DNA of 61,968 bases, filler included, from Rhabdomonas costata (GCA_019059605.1; 23 parts of 23 records of this genome joined end to end with filler, not necessarily neighbours in it), one strand, 5' to 3'. Numbered from the whole stretch's first letter, positions 1-13,548 are shown. Program-made: numbers and translations. Notes: generated from the sequence alone by a model not told the origin.

Positions 1-67
1 GTGGTGGGTGTGTTTGGGGTGGTTGGTATTTCCGTTTGGAGGAAGGGTTTCTACGCCTTCCTTGTAG

Positions 68-2490
68 GAGCCGACTGTGGACAGGGTGGAGGAGCTTTAC
101 CAGCCCGCCCCGAAGTTTTCCGTGGTGCCCGACCACCGGGCACTTCCAGAGTCTGAGGAGGAGGCCGTCCGGAACTGCACTTTCCACCCTGAAATCACGT
201 GCGCATATATATCAACCCACCCACCTACCCATCCCTCGATGTCCATGGACGAGCACATATCTGGCAATGCTTTCCTAGTTATTTCGGGGGTATGTCCTGT
301 ATGAAGCCCAGTAAAACCGCGGTTGGATTCCCCTTCAGTTTCTCAAGAACCCCCGCCGAGCAGTTGACGAGCTTTGATAAGTTGCCCTTGTGACAACTGG
401 TGTGAATACACTGGAAGCTGTTGGATATGCTGCCGCCAGAGCGTACCTGTTATACAGGCCAATTATACGGGTTCGATTCAATTTCACGATAGTGTATGGT
501 TTGCAAAGGGAGACTATTCTTGCTGCCTAACAGTCAAAAGCGCTGTTTTCCCTCTTTTTTTATGGTCTAAACGAGTGCTCGCTTGACTTGATTGACGAAA
601 CTAAGGTGCCACTTCGCATTTGAAGTTTATTGGGCTCTCCTCCTCCCTGCAGTGACCTTCCGGCAGAGCTTTCGGCGAAGCGCACCGAGGAGGGACCTAT
701 CTGGAACCGCCTGGGGGTGGTCGAGGTGCAGCGGCTGCGGGACTCTCGGCAGCAGAGGGAGAAGGAGGCCGTGGAGAAGGAGCTCAAGGCCTGCTCGTTC
801 ACGCCCCAGGTTGGTCCATCGGTATGTGTGCGTGGTGGAGGGCCGGGACCATCCCCGTGGAGGGTTCAGGGGTTGTGAAGTAGAATTCAATACCTCGTCG
901 GCCGTATGGCCTTTGGACGGGCTTTTGCTTCAGGAGGGCCAGACCAGTGCACACTGCCAGGGACGAACGAAGCAGCCAAGATGAACCTGCGGGAGGTGGG
1001 GCATCACATCGTGGGCCATTTGTAAGGTATCGTTTGAATGTTCATCATTCAAAGTGGATACCAAATGAGGCCGATAAGCTAATGAGCTGGTCGGGACAAC
1101 CTTCCAACCAAGCTTTAGGCTTGCGCCAGAGTCACTAGGATAAAATACATGGCGCACACTGATTCCATCAGTTGCAGGTGCCCCCGTCAAACCGTCCAGC
1201 TGCTGCGGGCAAGAAGCGGCACGAGATCAAGTATTTGCACGAAAAAAATGGAAGTGAATGGCCTTGGTGCAATGGATTGCGCGCAGCGACTAACTTGACG
1301 CGTAATGGTTGGAGGTCACTGCCACAGCACACTTCCTTCCTTTATCTCTTCTTATTGGTCGGATTTGCCACAGGATGCCAGGAACAACTTGCCCCCTCCC
1401 TCCAGTTCAAAACAAGTACCCATGCAGACAATTGTCGTCACGCCTTTTTGACGGGCCAGCTCGTCGTCCTATTTTTCGCAGCACACCACTGTACCCTACC
1501 CCGGTGGTGTGTGAGATCTCTGGTGGTCGGGCGTAGGTCTTCGTGTGAGCCCAGGGAATGGGGAGCGGATGACGACGGGTTCGACGCTGAACTCCCGCGA
1601 CGCATGGGATTATTTCTTCGAACGACACTTCTTTATGCGCAGAGAGGGTTCAACTATCACCATCATTTTCAAGTTTATTTGCAGATGCGGTCCCATCAAA
1701 CATATACGCGTAGGAAATGAGTGTTATATATGTTGTTTTGTGGCCCATGAGTGCAGCGCACGCGCAGCTACACTGCATTCCTTCGCCAACAGCGAGCGCA
1801 CCTTGCTGGGGTTCTCTGCGGTAGATGGCGCACCGCTTCGGGACTGCGATTGTTGCCGCATTGGTGAGAACTTAACTCAATAAGAAACAGCCTTCAAGTT
1901 TGGTTACTATGGAACTGCCTGTTCTTTTTTTTCCTCCCTTCTGGGGACTGTGACGGTGTTCCAGAGCTTATGCCGTGTTCCAGTCTTCCACAGAGCTAAT
2001 CCACTCCCCAAGGACCTGCCTATTGCCTGGCTCCGGGCTTTCCCGCCTCTGTTCATCCGTACTAGGTGGGGTTGTGATGCGAAAAATTGAAGTATCAACA
2101 TCCATGAGGGCACGGATAAAGGTCAACATACAAAACAGTTGCACACCTCAAAGCAAATGACGTGAGCAAATCACTGAGGAGAGGAGAAAGGTTCCTCAGA
2201 CATTCACTTCGGAATGGGAGCCAGGGGGTCGTGCGTTTAACATACATGGGGAGTCACGTGGTTTCACACACGCAGACAACGGATATCCTTACTGCACGCA
2301 GGAGGGCGGGAATGGAAAGAAGGAAGGCGGTGGGTCGAGCTCTCGGCCCGCGCTGCGGAAACTGACGCAGCGCGACGGGATGCAGGCCGCGGCGCGGCTC
2401 TGGCAGGACATCCAGGAGAGGGAGGTCCGCCGGAAGTACCTCGAGGAGACCCTGGAGAAGGAGCGCGCCCAGGCCGCGCTGCACAAGAAG
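68..2490 (+). CDS. Coiled-coil protein with C(T/S)FxP repeats (protist cytoskeletal/flagellar type), partial, multi-exon
   Basis: Phase-compatible AG/GT exons 68..198 (EEEAVRNCTFHPEIT) and 653..809 (IWNRL...EKELKACSFTPQ), plus a later exon ending near 2490 (AAARLWQDIQEREVRRKYLEE). Confidence 0.6.
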
Positions 2491-2599
2491 GTTCCTCGAG
2501 TGCCCCACTCCTCTGCCCCTCACAGCCACACGCGTGCAGATGTGTGTGGAAAATTCATGGTTGAGCAATCGCTTTTTTTATCATTTTCCCCATAAATCC

Positions 2600-2699
2600 N
2601 NNNNNNNNNNNNNNNNNNNNNNNNNNNNNNNNNNNNNNNNNNNTTAATTAATTAANNNNNNNNNNNNNNNNNNNNNNNNNNNNNNNNNNNNNNNNNNNN
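2600..2699. other. Artificial contig linker N44-TTAATTAATTAA-N44 (first of 22)
   Basis: Identical 100-nt spacer with stops in all six frames, starting at 2600, 5297, 7995, 10695, 13392, 16088, 18784, 21479, 24175, 26871, 29567, 32261, 34955, 37648, 40341, 43033, 45742, 48430, 51123, 53813, 56505 and 59277. It separates 23 contigs of about 2.59-2.67 kb. Confidence 0.99.
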
Positions 2700-4540
2700 G
2701 GGTTTGGGTGTGTGCGTGTGTGTCAAGATTGTGACCGGAAACGTCCTCTGTACCGGTCCGACGCCCCTTGGTAAAAAGCTCAAACGATTTAGAGGGATTT
2801 AGAGGGGGTGGGAAGTACAGCCGTTGCATTTGGACGAAAATGGCATTAAGATGCTGGCTCCGTATTTTTGGTATTTTTGGCTGCATAAGATGACTTGACA
2901 AGGCAATGCGACTCTGCATTCCTATACACAACTAAATTTACAGAGAGCCCGTTCATCAACAAAGAGAAAAGAAGGAAACGACATAAATAACGGAAAGAAA
3001 CAGAAATATCGTCACCCAGCAAGCACAACACTGATATGCAGTGCCACGCATTGTGTCATTTAAAAAACATTAGAAAAACCTCAAAGACATTCTCTGCTCT
3101 TTCATCAAACTTGAGGTCAGAACTCTTGCTGAGTCCTGAAACGCCCACGCTTGCCAGCGCCGAATCTCCCGCTACATCCTTGACGAGTAAAACGTTCCAG
3201 AAGTCCTGAGGGCCTCGGGCAGACAGACTTTCCGCTGCCACCAAGAAGAACATTCTCTCAGACGGCGTGGCAGCGGTTAATTTACCCATCATTGCCACAA
3301 GAGTGCACTCTAGAAGGGCCGTCAGCGTTCTGTGCTGCTGCTTGCTGGGAAGCACTGGATGAAGGGCAGCTTATTCCGCCCCACGCCTCCCCGCGGGCCC
3401 GATCAAAAGCCATAATTGCGCGCAAAACACTAGTGCTGGAATGAAACGAGTAAAAGAATTGCATTCCATTAATTTGCTGCGGTGTGCGAGGCAGGTGCAA
3501 AAGCACTATAAATCACGCGCACTGCACTTCCACCTATTGCGCTGATTCCATAGTTCATATAGCAAACACAGAGGCAAAAAAAACTTTGCCCAATTAATGA
3601 GGAGAGCATCCTTTAATTCGTGGTTGTTGTAGAATAGAATGTTAATGTTACTACGGCTTTTCCAGTTTCCAGCGTGACCCATAATACCTATTCCTGGACA
3701 GCGTTGCCGTTAACCCAACAACATCCTGCCGGTCGGTCCTGGTGAATACGGTAAAAAGACAAACGGCACAAAAACACTACTCTGGTCAAAAGCCCAGGAA
3801 GCTGAAGATCCTTCACACAGCGCAAATAACGCAGTGTATCGGCCGGGTGAGACAAGCTTGGGGTGCTTGCTTTCTAACGCTTACACCAACACACCCGCTA
3901 CCTCACCGAACAGTACGCTGAAATAAAAAGACTGTCACGGATGACGTATTGCGCCCTATGCCACGGAGTGAGGAAAAGTCAGCAAGTGATGGACGTCCGA
4001 CTCGGGGCTTGCCTGGCCAATCAGCCCACGCCGAGTGTCGCGCTGTAGAAGGTATGTGCGCCCCTCCTGGGCAGTTGGGTTGTCGTCGTGCCTGAAAAAA
4101 ATAACCATCAGAATCAGAATGCAGAAGTTGAAAAATCACAGCTGGGGCGGTTGCGTTTGTTGCCCCCCCCCCTCAACTGTAGAAGATAGTGGGGAGGCTG
4201 TATACATGTCCGCGGGCGTTTTTCAGAATGTCTCAGGCCACGGAGCACAGCGGAGCGGCCCAAGATTTCATTTTTCTTCCGTCCTACATAATTCCCGTTT
4301 TCAGGGGGGGGGGAGCAACAATATCGCCGAGGTGAAAGCTACATTGGTCCGCCGGAGAAGGCGTGTAATAGGTTTTGGGGGTCAACTCGTGGCGTTCAAG
4401 CGGACTGCGAGGACAGTGCCTCTGAAAAATTCGAAAGTGATGCTTCTTCATGTCAGCTTTAAAACAAAACCCATGAAACGATGTGGTCTACGCCACAAAC
4501 TCCAGTCTACACTCTCTTTGGAAACGGGAGAGCATCGCAC

Positions 4541-5255
4541 CTGCTCATCGTGAACGCCTCTGAGTTGCAGAACTTCTTAGAGATCAGGGAGTACACGTTG
4601 AACAGAGTCAGGGGGCACATCACCAGAAGGATGATGGCCATGAACCAGCTGTTAAACCTTTGTGCGCAGGTGGTTGGGCGCATGCGTGTATCCCTCGTTG
4701 GGTGACTGTGACGATTCCAAGCAGTCCGCACGGTCTAAAAACCTAATGGAACAATTTCCGAAAGGCGAACAAGCAGGGGGAGCTGCCCATGTAGGCTGCC
4801 TGATGATGATGTGTGAATTGCAGAAGAGCTGTCTCCCTTGTTGCTGGCAGAGAATACAGCTACCGTATATCTTCACTGTACTTCGGTGGCATCGCAAAGC
4901 GAGCCATGTTTTTGAGTTTATGAGAAGGATGTGTGAAACATTTGCAGTCCCACATGCTCGCTGGGACTGGGACACCCACCACCGCAATACGCGGCTTGCA
5001 TGTACCAAGTTCCGAGCAGCTGCGAGGCGTCCATGTTGCCGAAGGCTCGCGAGAACGCGATGTTGGAGTGGACCGGATCGGAGACAATCTGGTTGGAGAT
5101 CACCAGAAACATGAAGCACACCGGCAGCACCAGCCGGCACAGCATGTACGCCGTGAAGCACAGGCACATGGGGCTGGAGCGGTGTGGCACCAGCCGCAGA
5201 AAGTCCGCCACACGGAGCTGGAAAAGGCTCCAAAAGGTGCAGTACCCAATGTATC
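4541..5255 (-). CDS. LMBRD2: LMBR1-family membrane protein (LMBRD2-like), partial
   Basis: Exons 5255..5006 (YCTFWSLFQLR...LVPH...AYMLCRLVLPVCFMFL...FGNMD..LLG) and 4657..4541 (FNSWFMAIILLVMCPLTLFNVY) join in phase (TG|G = Trp). The motifs match the LMBRD2 C-terminal TM region. Confidence 0.75.
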
Positions 5256-7003
5256 CTGAGAGCAAAACAGAGACACAAGGTGCTGGCACAGCACGGNNNN
5301 NNNNNNNNNNNNNNNNNNNNNNNNNNNNNNNNNNNNNNNNTTAATTAATTAANNNNNNNNNNNNNNNNNNNNNNNNNNNNNNNNNNNNNNNNNNNNGCTA
5401 CGAGGCAGCTAGCGAACTGGAGCTGTTAGGCAGTTCCCATTTTGCGTTCATCTCACGATTTCAGCGTCTGCTGCTAAAAGGCATAGGATCCCACACGTCT
5501 GGCGAAAACGCACCTCTCTCTTGTTCGCAACGAAATTACAGCTCCGTCTCTGGCTTCTCTGGTTCTTGGGGTTAGTTGCTGTGCTTCCCTCACCCAATCT
5601 GTCCTGATGCCCTATTTTACCTTCACCTTCACCCATTCGTGTGACCTCACGTCGAACGCGAGTCACTTGATCTTAGCGGAACGCGCTGTCCACTCGTGTG
5701 GTTGCACACGAACGATAGAAGCAGCTCGTTCAGCTCTGTGAGGAAGTCCTGTCAGATACCGGCACATTCTCCTTCAGTCCCACCCCCACACACCACCCCC
5801 ACTTACCCACCTTGCAATCCATCCTGTCACCCAGACCCATGCATGATAAGTGCGCTGCATCGTCGTGGTCTTCGTGCAGAGCAGCGAATGTCCTGCGTGG
5901 CAGTTATCATCCGCTGCGCGGTCTCGGCCACGTAGTGCTTCTCACCCGCATCAGCTTTTCTGTTTGATGTTTTTGGTGATTTTGCTTCAGAAAAACCTTG
6001 GCGGAAAGAACCTTAGTGGAAAGGACGCGGGAAAGCAGTTTTCCCGATCAATCAAATGCAGGACTGGGGAAGGGAGAGGAATCACCAATGAAACATACTC
6101 ATGCGCTCATGCGTCCAAAACAGGCAAAGCAGCGATCCTGCATATCCGTCGAAATGGCTTGACCTTACGAATACGAGCTTGCACCCGCGAATATTATGCT
6201 GACAAGGTTGTCAAAGGTCTGTTCAAAGCCGAGGCCCTTCAGAATTGTTATTTGTAGGGAAGCTCCTACAACGAGGAAGCTTTGATTGTGCTTTCGGATG
6301 GCTGCACCACCCATCCAACCTGAGAATTGAGTCAAGATGGGACTTTTATTTTGTGCCAGTTCCCTGTCCTATGATACCCTCCGAAGATCGGACCATGGAA
6401 CGTCTAGATGGTTACAGGATGTGATTGTAAGAGCGGTAGATATTATCCCGCAGCTGCGCGCTGGAATTTCCTTGAAGAAGAGTAGGGAGAAATCCTTCTT
6501 GATTCCGGCTTCTTCTTCGCAAAGCATACAAAATCTTGTGCAGGTGAACAGAATAGGGTGGGGTTGCCCCACGAATAGCCTAACCGCCCCGTTTGATTTT
6601 GGCTGGCGAGAGCCACCTCCCCATCAAGTGTAGAAGGTAGAAGTGCCAGGTGGAAAACAAGTTGCGCAAGGTGGGGTGTTGGATTTTTTGCTCGTCTTGT
6701 TGTGGTTATGGCGCAGTCTTCGCAACCTTGCGGTTGTCCTCTGCTTTGTCTGCGATACCTTGTTTTATCCCAGTAATTTCAGCGCGCTTCTTCTTTTGCT
6801 TTTTTTTTGAATTCTTTGGAATGCTCCTCCTCTGGTGCTTCTCTTGTCACTTTCTCGCTCCACACCGCGTGTGTCTGCCTACCTCGCTCTCTGTACATAA
6901 TCCCATTTTGCCTTGCCACATCTGATTGTCATCCACCCCGTTTTCATTTGTGTTTCTTTTTGGCATATTGTCGTTGATTTTTTTCATTCCTCTGATCGAG
7001 GGG

Positions 7004-7840
7004 ATGGAGCGTCCTCGGCGGCCGTCCTTCCGCCCACAGTCCCGAACGCCCTTGCTGCGGAACCTCATCTCCATTCGAGTCTGCAGTCTCACCTTCTTCA
7101 CGATGGCCCTGGTCCTGACCACCGTGTCCGTCGTGATTGTGCTTGTGATGTACTCCACCCATTCCATCATGTACCTCAAGGACGCCTCCACCAGAACCAT
7201 GGTGGAGATCTCCAACCGAACGTCGATGATCATGGGCAACCTGCTGCAGAGCTCCAGCGCTGTGCTGGAGGAGGCAGCGGGGTTTTCGTCCAGCTCGATA
7301 ATAACCGCTTATGAGGCATCTGAGAACCAGGTCATGGAAATGAGCGCCCGGCTTCTGGGCAATGATCTGGCCCAGGTATGCTCCCTTTGTAATGGGCAGC
7401 AAGGCCCCCTCCCTCCCTCACTCTCGGGTCTTCGTAGTAATCAGTGGAATCCATTTGATTCTCAAATAGAGTCAGCTGCCATGAACACCAAAACCCTGTT
7501 TCCAGGTTTTCGGCGGGACCATCGTCAGTGCTGAAATCCAGGCAAACGAAACAAAACCGCAGCTGGGGCCAACCCAAAGATATCTGCACACTAAAGCGAA
7601 GTGCATCGCACCAGCGCGCCTCCTGTGCATGACCAAATGATGGCGCGAGCGGAATACATCACGGCTCAAACACAGTGCCAGTTAAGGGATGGCTCTTCGT
7701 TGTTTCCTTCGCAGCTGGTCAGAAATGTTCTGGACTACCTGGGCTCCGTGCAGAACGCAATGGAAGCGACCTACCGAATGCTTATCAGTATCGGGGCAGA
7801 CCTGAACAACCTGAACCATCTGCTTGCGCTGGCTCCCTTC
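7004..7840 (+). CDS. Membrane receptor N-terminus (TM plus helical ectodomain; receptor adenylate-cyclase-like family), partial
   Basis: Exon 7004..7375 (ATG, TM helix LTFFTMALVLTTVSVVIVLVMY, helical region) and exon 7715..7840 (LVRNVLDYLGSVQNAMEA), GT-AG, phase 0. Layout resembles the 59796..61555 protein. Confidence 0.5.
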
Positions 7841-8119
7841 GTGCGTGTCCTTTCCTCCCTTCCCTTCCCTTCCCTTCCATTACCCACTATTTTTTTTCTT
7901 TTTTGCTGAATTGACCTTTTGTGTTTTCACGGTATGCAACCGCGCTTAACTGTGCTGTGAGCTGTCAGCTGCTGTCAGCTCACACCACACCCCCNNNNNN
8001 NNNNNNNNNNNNNNNNNNNNNNNNNNNNNNNNNNNNNNTTAATTAATTAANNNNNNNNNNNNNNNNNNNNNNNNNNNNNNNNNNNNNNNNNNNNGAGCGG
8101 GGGGGGGGGGCGCAGGTAC

Positions 8120-10620
8120 CAGATCAGGGACCAGTGAGAAGGTTATCGAGTTGCGCAACGGGCGGGTTGAGGAGACCATGGGGATGTGGCTGAGCTGCCG
8201 AAGAGCGGTTTCCGTGTCCATCTCCCGCAGCAGTTGCCCGTAGGTCATCACAGGGCACTGCAGATGTGCGCCAGCGTGGGTTGCCCGCGTACGAGGAGGG
8301 GCGGAAGCAGGTCTTTCGGATATGGAGCATGCCTTTCGAAGTGCTGCGCGGCCGATCCTTGGGGTCAAAATTTTCCGAACTTTCACTCTCGGCCCGGTTG
8401 CGGTGCCCCTTGGTGGCTCATATCCCTTAATCGCCGCTTGTGGCCCCACAAAACGGAGGGTTTATGACAAGACAACGTATTTACAAAAAACAACCCATGT
8501 CGAACGGGGACAGGCAAGTGGCTCCCTGACGCATGAAGCCCAGAAAATGTTCTGAAGCCCACATCCTCCTGGTTCGGTCCCACGTCCGTCCCACGTCCGA
8601 CGCTTGGGCTTTGTGCATCTTCCATTACCCGAGTTTAATCACCAACACAAACTCTTGTACAGACTTTCTTCTTTGACTAAGGGACAGTTGTGTGAGTGAC
8701 GAAATTTATCCAAGCGGGCCGGGAAAGCGGAAGGAGGCTGAACATAAAATGGGACAAGGATTTGGATGAGGGAGGCTGCAACACAGTGCGCGCCGCACCA
8801 ACTCCGCCACTGCGCTAATGAGGGCATTGGTGCATGCCCCGCCCAGGCCCGAGGCATAGGGATTGACGCTCTTGCGGGTGTCATCGAAGAAGCTGCTGAA
8901 CACCACCACCTCTGCAGAGGCCGGGGCAGCGCCCGGGACGGAGGAGCCCAGGTGCTGCTCTGGAAGCAGCTGCACCCAAACAACGCACGCATACACACAA
9001 GGCAACAATTAAGATACGGGTACGAGCAGTCAGGCACCGCAAAAGGTGATGCTCTGCGGTGACAGAGAGCTAATCTACTCCCTGGGGACACGACTGAACA
9101 TCTTTTCTTGGCTTTGTCATAATTGCCAAGTGTCAATACTGGGCTAACAGGCACGGTGACCTGGCAGAACCCGGACATTTCTCTGCGTGGAAGCTTCATT
9201 GTAATCTCAATCCAAAAACCAAGAGAATCTCCTACATAACGACGTCTTGTGGGACTGTACGAACACGGAGAAGAACCCTGCTCCACGACGGTCCAACCAA
9301 GAAAGACTGCCTCAGAAAGGGAGGGGAACGGTTGTGAATCAGCCAAGCGGTGGACTGAGACAAGTGCACGGGGTACTGAGGGCGGGCTTTGGTGTTCGGA
9401 TAAGTTTAAACTGGCATACAGTGTATGGAAGGTCGAGCACGGTCCCAGCGTACGCCAGGTCGATCACCGCAGTCAGTCGGCATCCCTCGGGAGGGCCATG
9501 GACTAGGATTTTTCGGAGATCCCAGTCCGTGACAACCCGCTCGTCGCTGCATACAATGCCTGAGGAAAAAGGCAACGCACATACTTGACGGAAGCGCTGC
9601 ACCAAATCTTACCGTACCACTTTCCTTTACTCTTAACATCATGCAGATACCGATCTGAGAGCAAACAGAAGACTGCCCACCAGCACACGACAGTCCAGTG
9701 GTCAAAGTCCAGCACTAAGGCACAGCACCAAAATTGCAAGGAAAGAGGACGAGGAATGGAAATTAGCGAATGTGAGGGGAAAACTGTAGTGTTCTTGGGG
9801 CCCCATTTCGGATACCCAACGCACTCACAGACATCGTGGGTGTTGCGAATCGTCCATCCGGGGACAAGTTGACAGCACATAGGTTTTACGCTGACTGCAT
9901 TTTGCATGTGTGTGTGCGCGCGTTTGGAAAGCATGAATATCGTAAGAGCACACCTGCGCATTTCACGAGCACCAAAACCGCAAACACCAAACTGGCACAA
10001 CTGTTGCAAAAAAAAAGGGGAGGCGGGGGGTGCAGCGCACACCCTGCGCATCAACCGTGCTCGGAGATGCTTTTGCGGGCCTCTGTTGAAGCGCCGTGCC
10101 ATGGCCCGAGAACCCGAAAAACAGTGCTGAAGAGGGGGGGGGCAGATCCCGTTGGAGAAAAGAAAGAAAAGAAGTTAATGGATAGTTTGTCCACATATGT
10201 CCCCGTCCGAATAACCTGCAACACATCGAGAAAAGTTGTGTGTGTGTGCACAGCTCCAGCATCTGAGAAGCGCTGGGAAAAAAAAAACAGGGTGGGGACC
10301 GATGGCATTATGTCGGCAGTCTGGAATCGAAAATAAAACTCTACCACACACACACACACACACACACACTGTTAAGGTTCAATCATCATCCATCACAGTT
10401 TATTGCAAAATGGGTGCAAGGTGCGCTGAGAAGAGAAGACGGCGTCGCACCATCTCCCGGCGCGGCGTCGGAGACCAGCCAGTCCAGCCACCGGATGACG
10501 TTGGCCCGGGTAGGCTGCAGCTCTCTCTGGACGGAGCCCTCGTCCAGCACCACGATATCCTTGCGGGCCCACCCCTGCTCCACCAGAAATTGCGCCAGGC
10601 AGTGCGCGTCGTTGGCACAG
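8120..10620 (-). CDS. Type I metacaspase homologue (peptidase C14B), catalytic Cys replaced by Ala, partial
   Basis: Five phase-consistent GT-AG exons: 10620..10451 (CANDA...PTRANVIRWLDWLVSDAAPGD), 10126..10043 (LFFGFSGHG), 9559..9420 (GCRLTAVIDLAYAGTVLDLPY), 8969..8799 (AEVVVFSS...GGACTNALI) and 8257..8120 (TYGQLL...PMVSSTRPL). Confidence 0.92.
10345..10368. repeat. (CA)n microsatellite in a metacaspase intron
   Basis: Perfect CA run visible in the sequence. Confidence 0.95.
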
Positions 10621-10871
10621 CTGCACATCGGACGTAAAAACGGCACTAAGCACTGAACAACATTACGGGGTAAAGGTCAGGAGGTGCACAAAAANNNNNN
10701 NNNNNNNNNNNNNNNNNNNNNNNNNNNNNNNNNNNNNNTTAATTAATTAANNNNNNNNNNNNNNNNNNNNNNNNNNNNNNNNNNNNNNNNNNNNGTTTAG
10801 AACTTGAACCTGCCCACTGTTTGTATGTGACCTTGACTGGTTCCTGTGCCAGGCTTCTCCCACAATCCCAG

Positions 10872-13347
10872 CTCGCCGTGCACAAGCCGATCATCATGAG
10901 CATCTACTTCTACATCAACCGCTGCATCCTGATCGACGAGCCCACTGAGGAGCAGGTCCCTTTTGCCGCCCAACCCATTGAGCGTGTTTTCCTTTTTTCT
11001 ATCGGTCCATAGACCTTCCGCTAAAGTCCATGCCTTCAAGCTGATAAGCCTATCGATGCCGGACTCTCCCATAATTCTTTTTCCACTTCGGCTGTACACA
11101 GCTGTCGCCCCTGCTGAACCAGCCGCTGTTCCTGTCGAACAAGGACCAGTGGAAGCGGTGTAAGGAGCTCCTGATCAATGACGGGGCCCAGCACAACGCT
11201 CTGGGGAATGGGCAGGACTCCTCGAAGATTATGTTTTGGGACGTGCCCACGAACTGCCTGCCGAAAGTGCAGGTCGGCCAAATGCCAATGAAGGGAGCCG
11301 AGAGCCTTTTTTCTGTTAACTTGAATGACCAGCGTTCGCTTTCCGCGTGTAGTTGTAGTCAACATGCCTCCTTATTTTTGCGGCGGACGGTATCTTTGTC
11401 GACTTTTTGGATGGTTTGTCCCCATTTACGTCGTCCAATTTGTGTTGCATTTGCAATTATCTGCGCGGGACTGGCCTCCACCCTGAAACCTGTCCCATTT
11501 GTCCGCCCATGCCCAGCATCGATAATTTGTACAATCCGCAAACGCCAAAAATACCTAACGTGTCGCTTCCCCCTCCCCCAAGCTATACAGATAAACGCGG
11601 GGAATAATTCTTGGCACTCCTTCGCGACTGCATTGAATTTGGAAGAGAGAGATCCGTAGTCGTTGTGATTTGGAACCAGACAGGGCAAGGAGTAGCGTTG
11701 TGAACCTCAAGGCCTGTGTCTTCTACCCTCTTCCCGATGCCCCGTTGTTCTTCCCAGGCGATCACGCTGCTGTGTGAGATGCCGCACCTCTCCACGCTGC
11801 AGCCCGTGGGCGGGGGTCCGGACATGAATACCCTGGCACACTCCCCAGGGCTGACGGCCCAGGTGCGGGGCCTAGTGCCTTTTCTGCTGCGCTACGCCTA
11901 CTTCGAGAACTACGAGCACTATGTGAGGCATGCCTTGCTTTGTGAGGCTACATATCGCTATATATTCAGAGGATGCTACGCATCCCGTGGATTGTCCAAT
12001 TGCCGTTTATCACTGCAGCTGCTGAGAATTGTTTGGGAGCATTCAAGATGAAGCTACTGTGTTGACTTCCTCTGTTCTTTTTTTTGGGGGGGGGGTCGGT
12101 CACAGTATTTCACAAGACGCGTGAGGAAATAGTTTTTCGATTTTTTTTGAGCCTCTCTCTGCATGTTTCTCTGGAGATCTCATAAAGATTTCCAGATGCC
12201 ATTCGTGTACACAGCCTCCCAACCACGTTCTGAATTCTCAACCGAACTCTCTAAGTCCGGAAAGTTAAAGCCTAGATGCTCTTTCCCATGATGCTGAAGC
12301 AGTCTCAACGATACCATTTCCACTTTCCACCACCTGACATGGTTTCTTCCTCTTCCTCGACGCCTTTTTCGTGTGCTCGTCCCGCGATTACACTTTTGGG
12401 GTTCTGGGTTGTTTTGGTTACTCATCCCGGTGTGCTTTTAAGGCTTGTGAACCCGTGGAAGTACTTTCGGGTGAATGTGTGGCAGTCGGCCAGCCTGGTG
12501 GCGAACTACCAGGTCAACGACTATCAGTGGAACTCCGAGCTGGAGTACTTCCTCAAGGATGAGGCTGAGGTGCGCGTGCGTGTCTTTAGCTGAGAGCGGT
12601 GTGTAGATGTAGGTAGATGTCGGTGTGTTGGGGAGGGGTATCGTTGGAAGGATTGGAAACGATTGACAATTAGCTCATAAGAAGCCGCTCACCGTTGGCG
12701 CTGTGAGGCGCATTCTTGTCCTATATTTGCTCTCTTGATGCGGGTGTTGGTATGATATGGACTGCATCATAACCCTCAGTAAGAAGCTTTTCAGCTGCTC
12801 TGGACGATACTGGAGTCCATATCGGATTGCCTTTGGCTCTTAGCCGTATCCCAAAATTTTGCCATTTTGCTTTCTCAGGAATGCCACATCTTTGTCGGCT
12901 TGGTTAAGCCGGAGCGATCGCTGCCAAAGGTGCCGTTCTTTTCGCGCTTCCTTTTGCCTGCTGTGTTTTGCTGCACACGGGCGGCTCCTGGGCAATTCTC
13001 ACTCAACCGCAACCGTCCTTTTGGAGCTTTGCACCCGTACTGGGGCGTTTCCTGGGTCAGCGCAGGCATTTTTCTTGTGTCTTTCGGTGACTCGAAAATG
13101 TTCCCATGAAAAAGAATACCTTCTGGTTCTGTCCTTTAACACACCCCTTCCATCTGACCTCTGCTTCACTCCAAAGATTGCCCGCCCCCAAAATCCCGAC
13201 TATCTCCGCCGCATTTATAGGCCCTGGGGGAGTGCTTCGGAGCCTCCCCGCTGACGATCCAGGGCATGCTTGCGGCGCAGAACACTGAAGCGCTGCACAA
13301 TATGCTGGTGGAGCTGGGCGTGGCCGAGCTGCCGGAGTCCGAGCAGG
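10872..13347 (+). CDS. Multi-exon protein, possibly NO VEIN/sacsin-like C-terminal region, partial
   Basis: Exons 10872..10955, 11102..11272, 11758..11927, 12443..12569, 12795..12845 and 13221..~13347 splice in frame, assuming one GC donor. VRGLVPFLLRYAY and LGVAELPESE recall NO VEIN-type proteins, but the family call is weak. Confidence 0.5.
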
Positions 13348-13548
13348 CTCACCTGAAGCCCCCCACAGACAAGGAGAACCCCCTCCCTGTGNNNNNNNNN
13401 NNNNNNNNNNNNNNNNNNNNNNNNNNNNNNNNNNNTTAATTAATTAANNNNNNNNNNNNNNNNNNNNNNNNNNNNNNNNNNNNNNNNNNNNGTTTTGGTG
13501 TAGAGGTTGTCAACGGTCAGTGGGGAGAGAGGGGGGGGGGCTCTGGGC

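Noticed and set aside
1..20. Identical 20-mer gtggtgggtgtgtttggggt at the starts of contigs 1 and 18; G/T-rich starts and C/A-rich ends generally
   Set aside because: Best explained by error-prone read ends running into (CA)n microsatellites where the assembly breaks, not by telomeres or minichromosome ends.
3056..3355. Minus-strand exon-like ORF downstream of LMBRD2
   Set aside because: No family motif, and it cannot be linked to the LMBRD2 frame.
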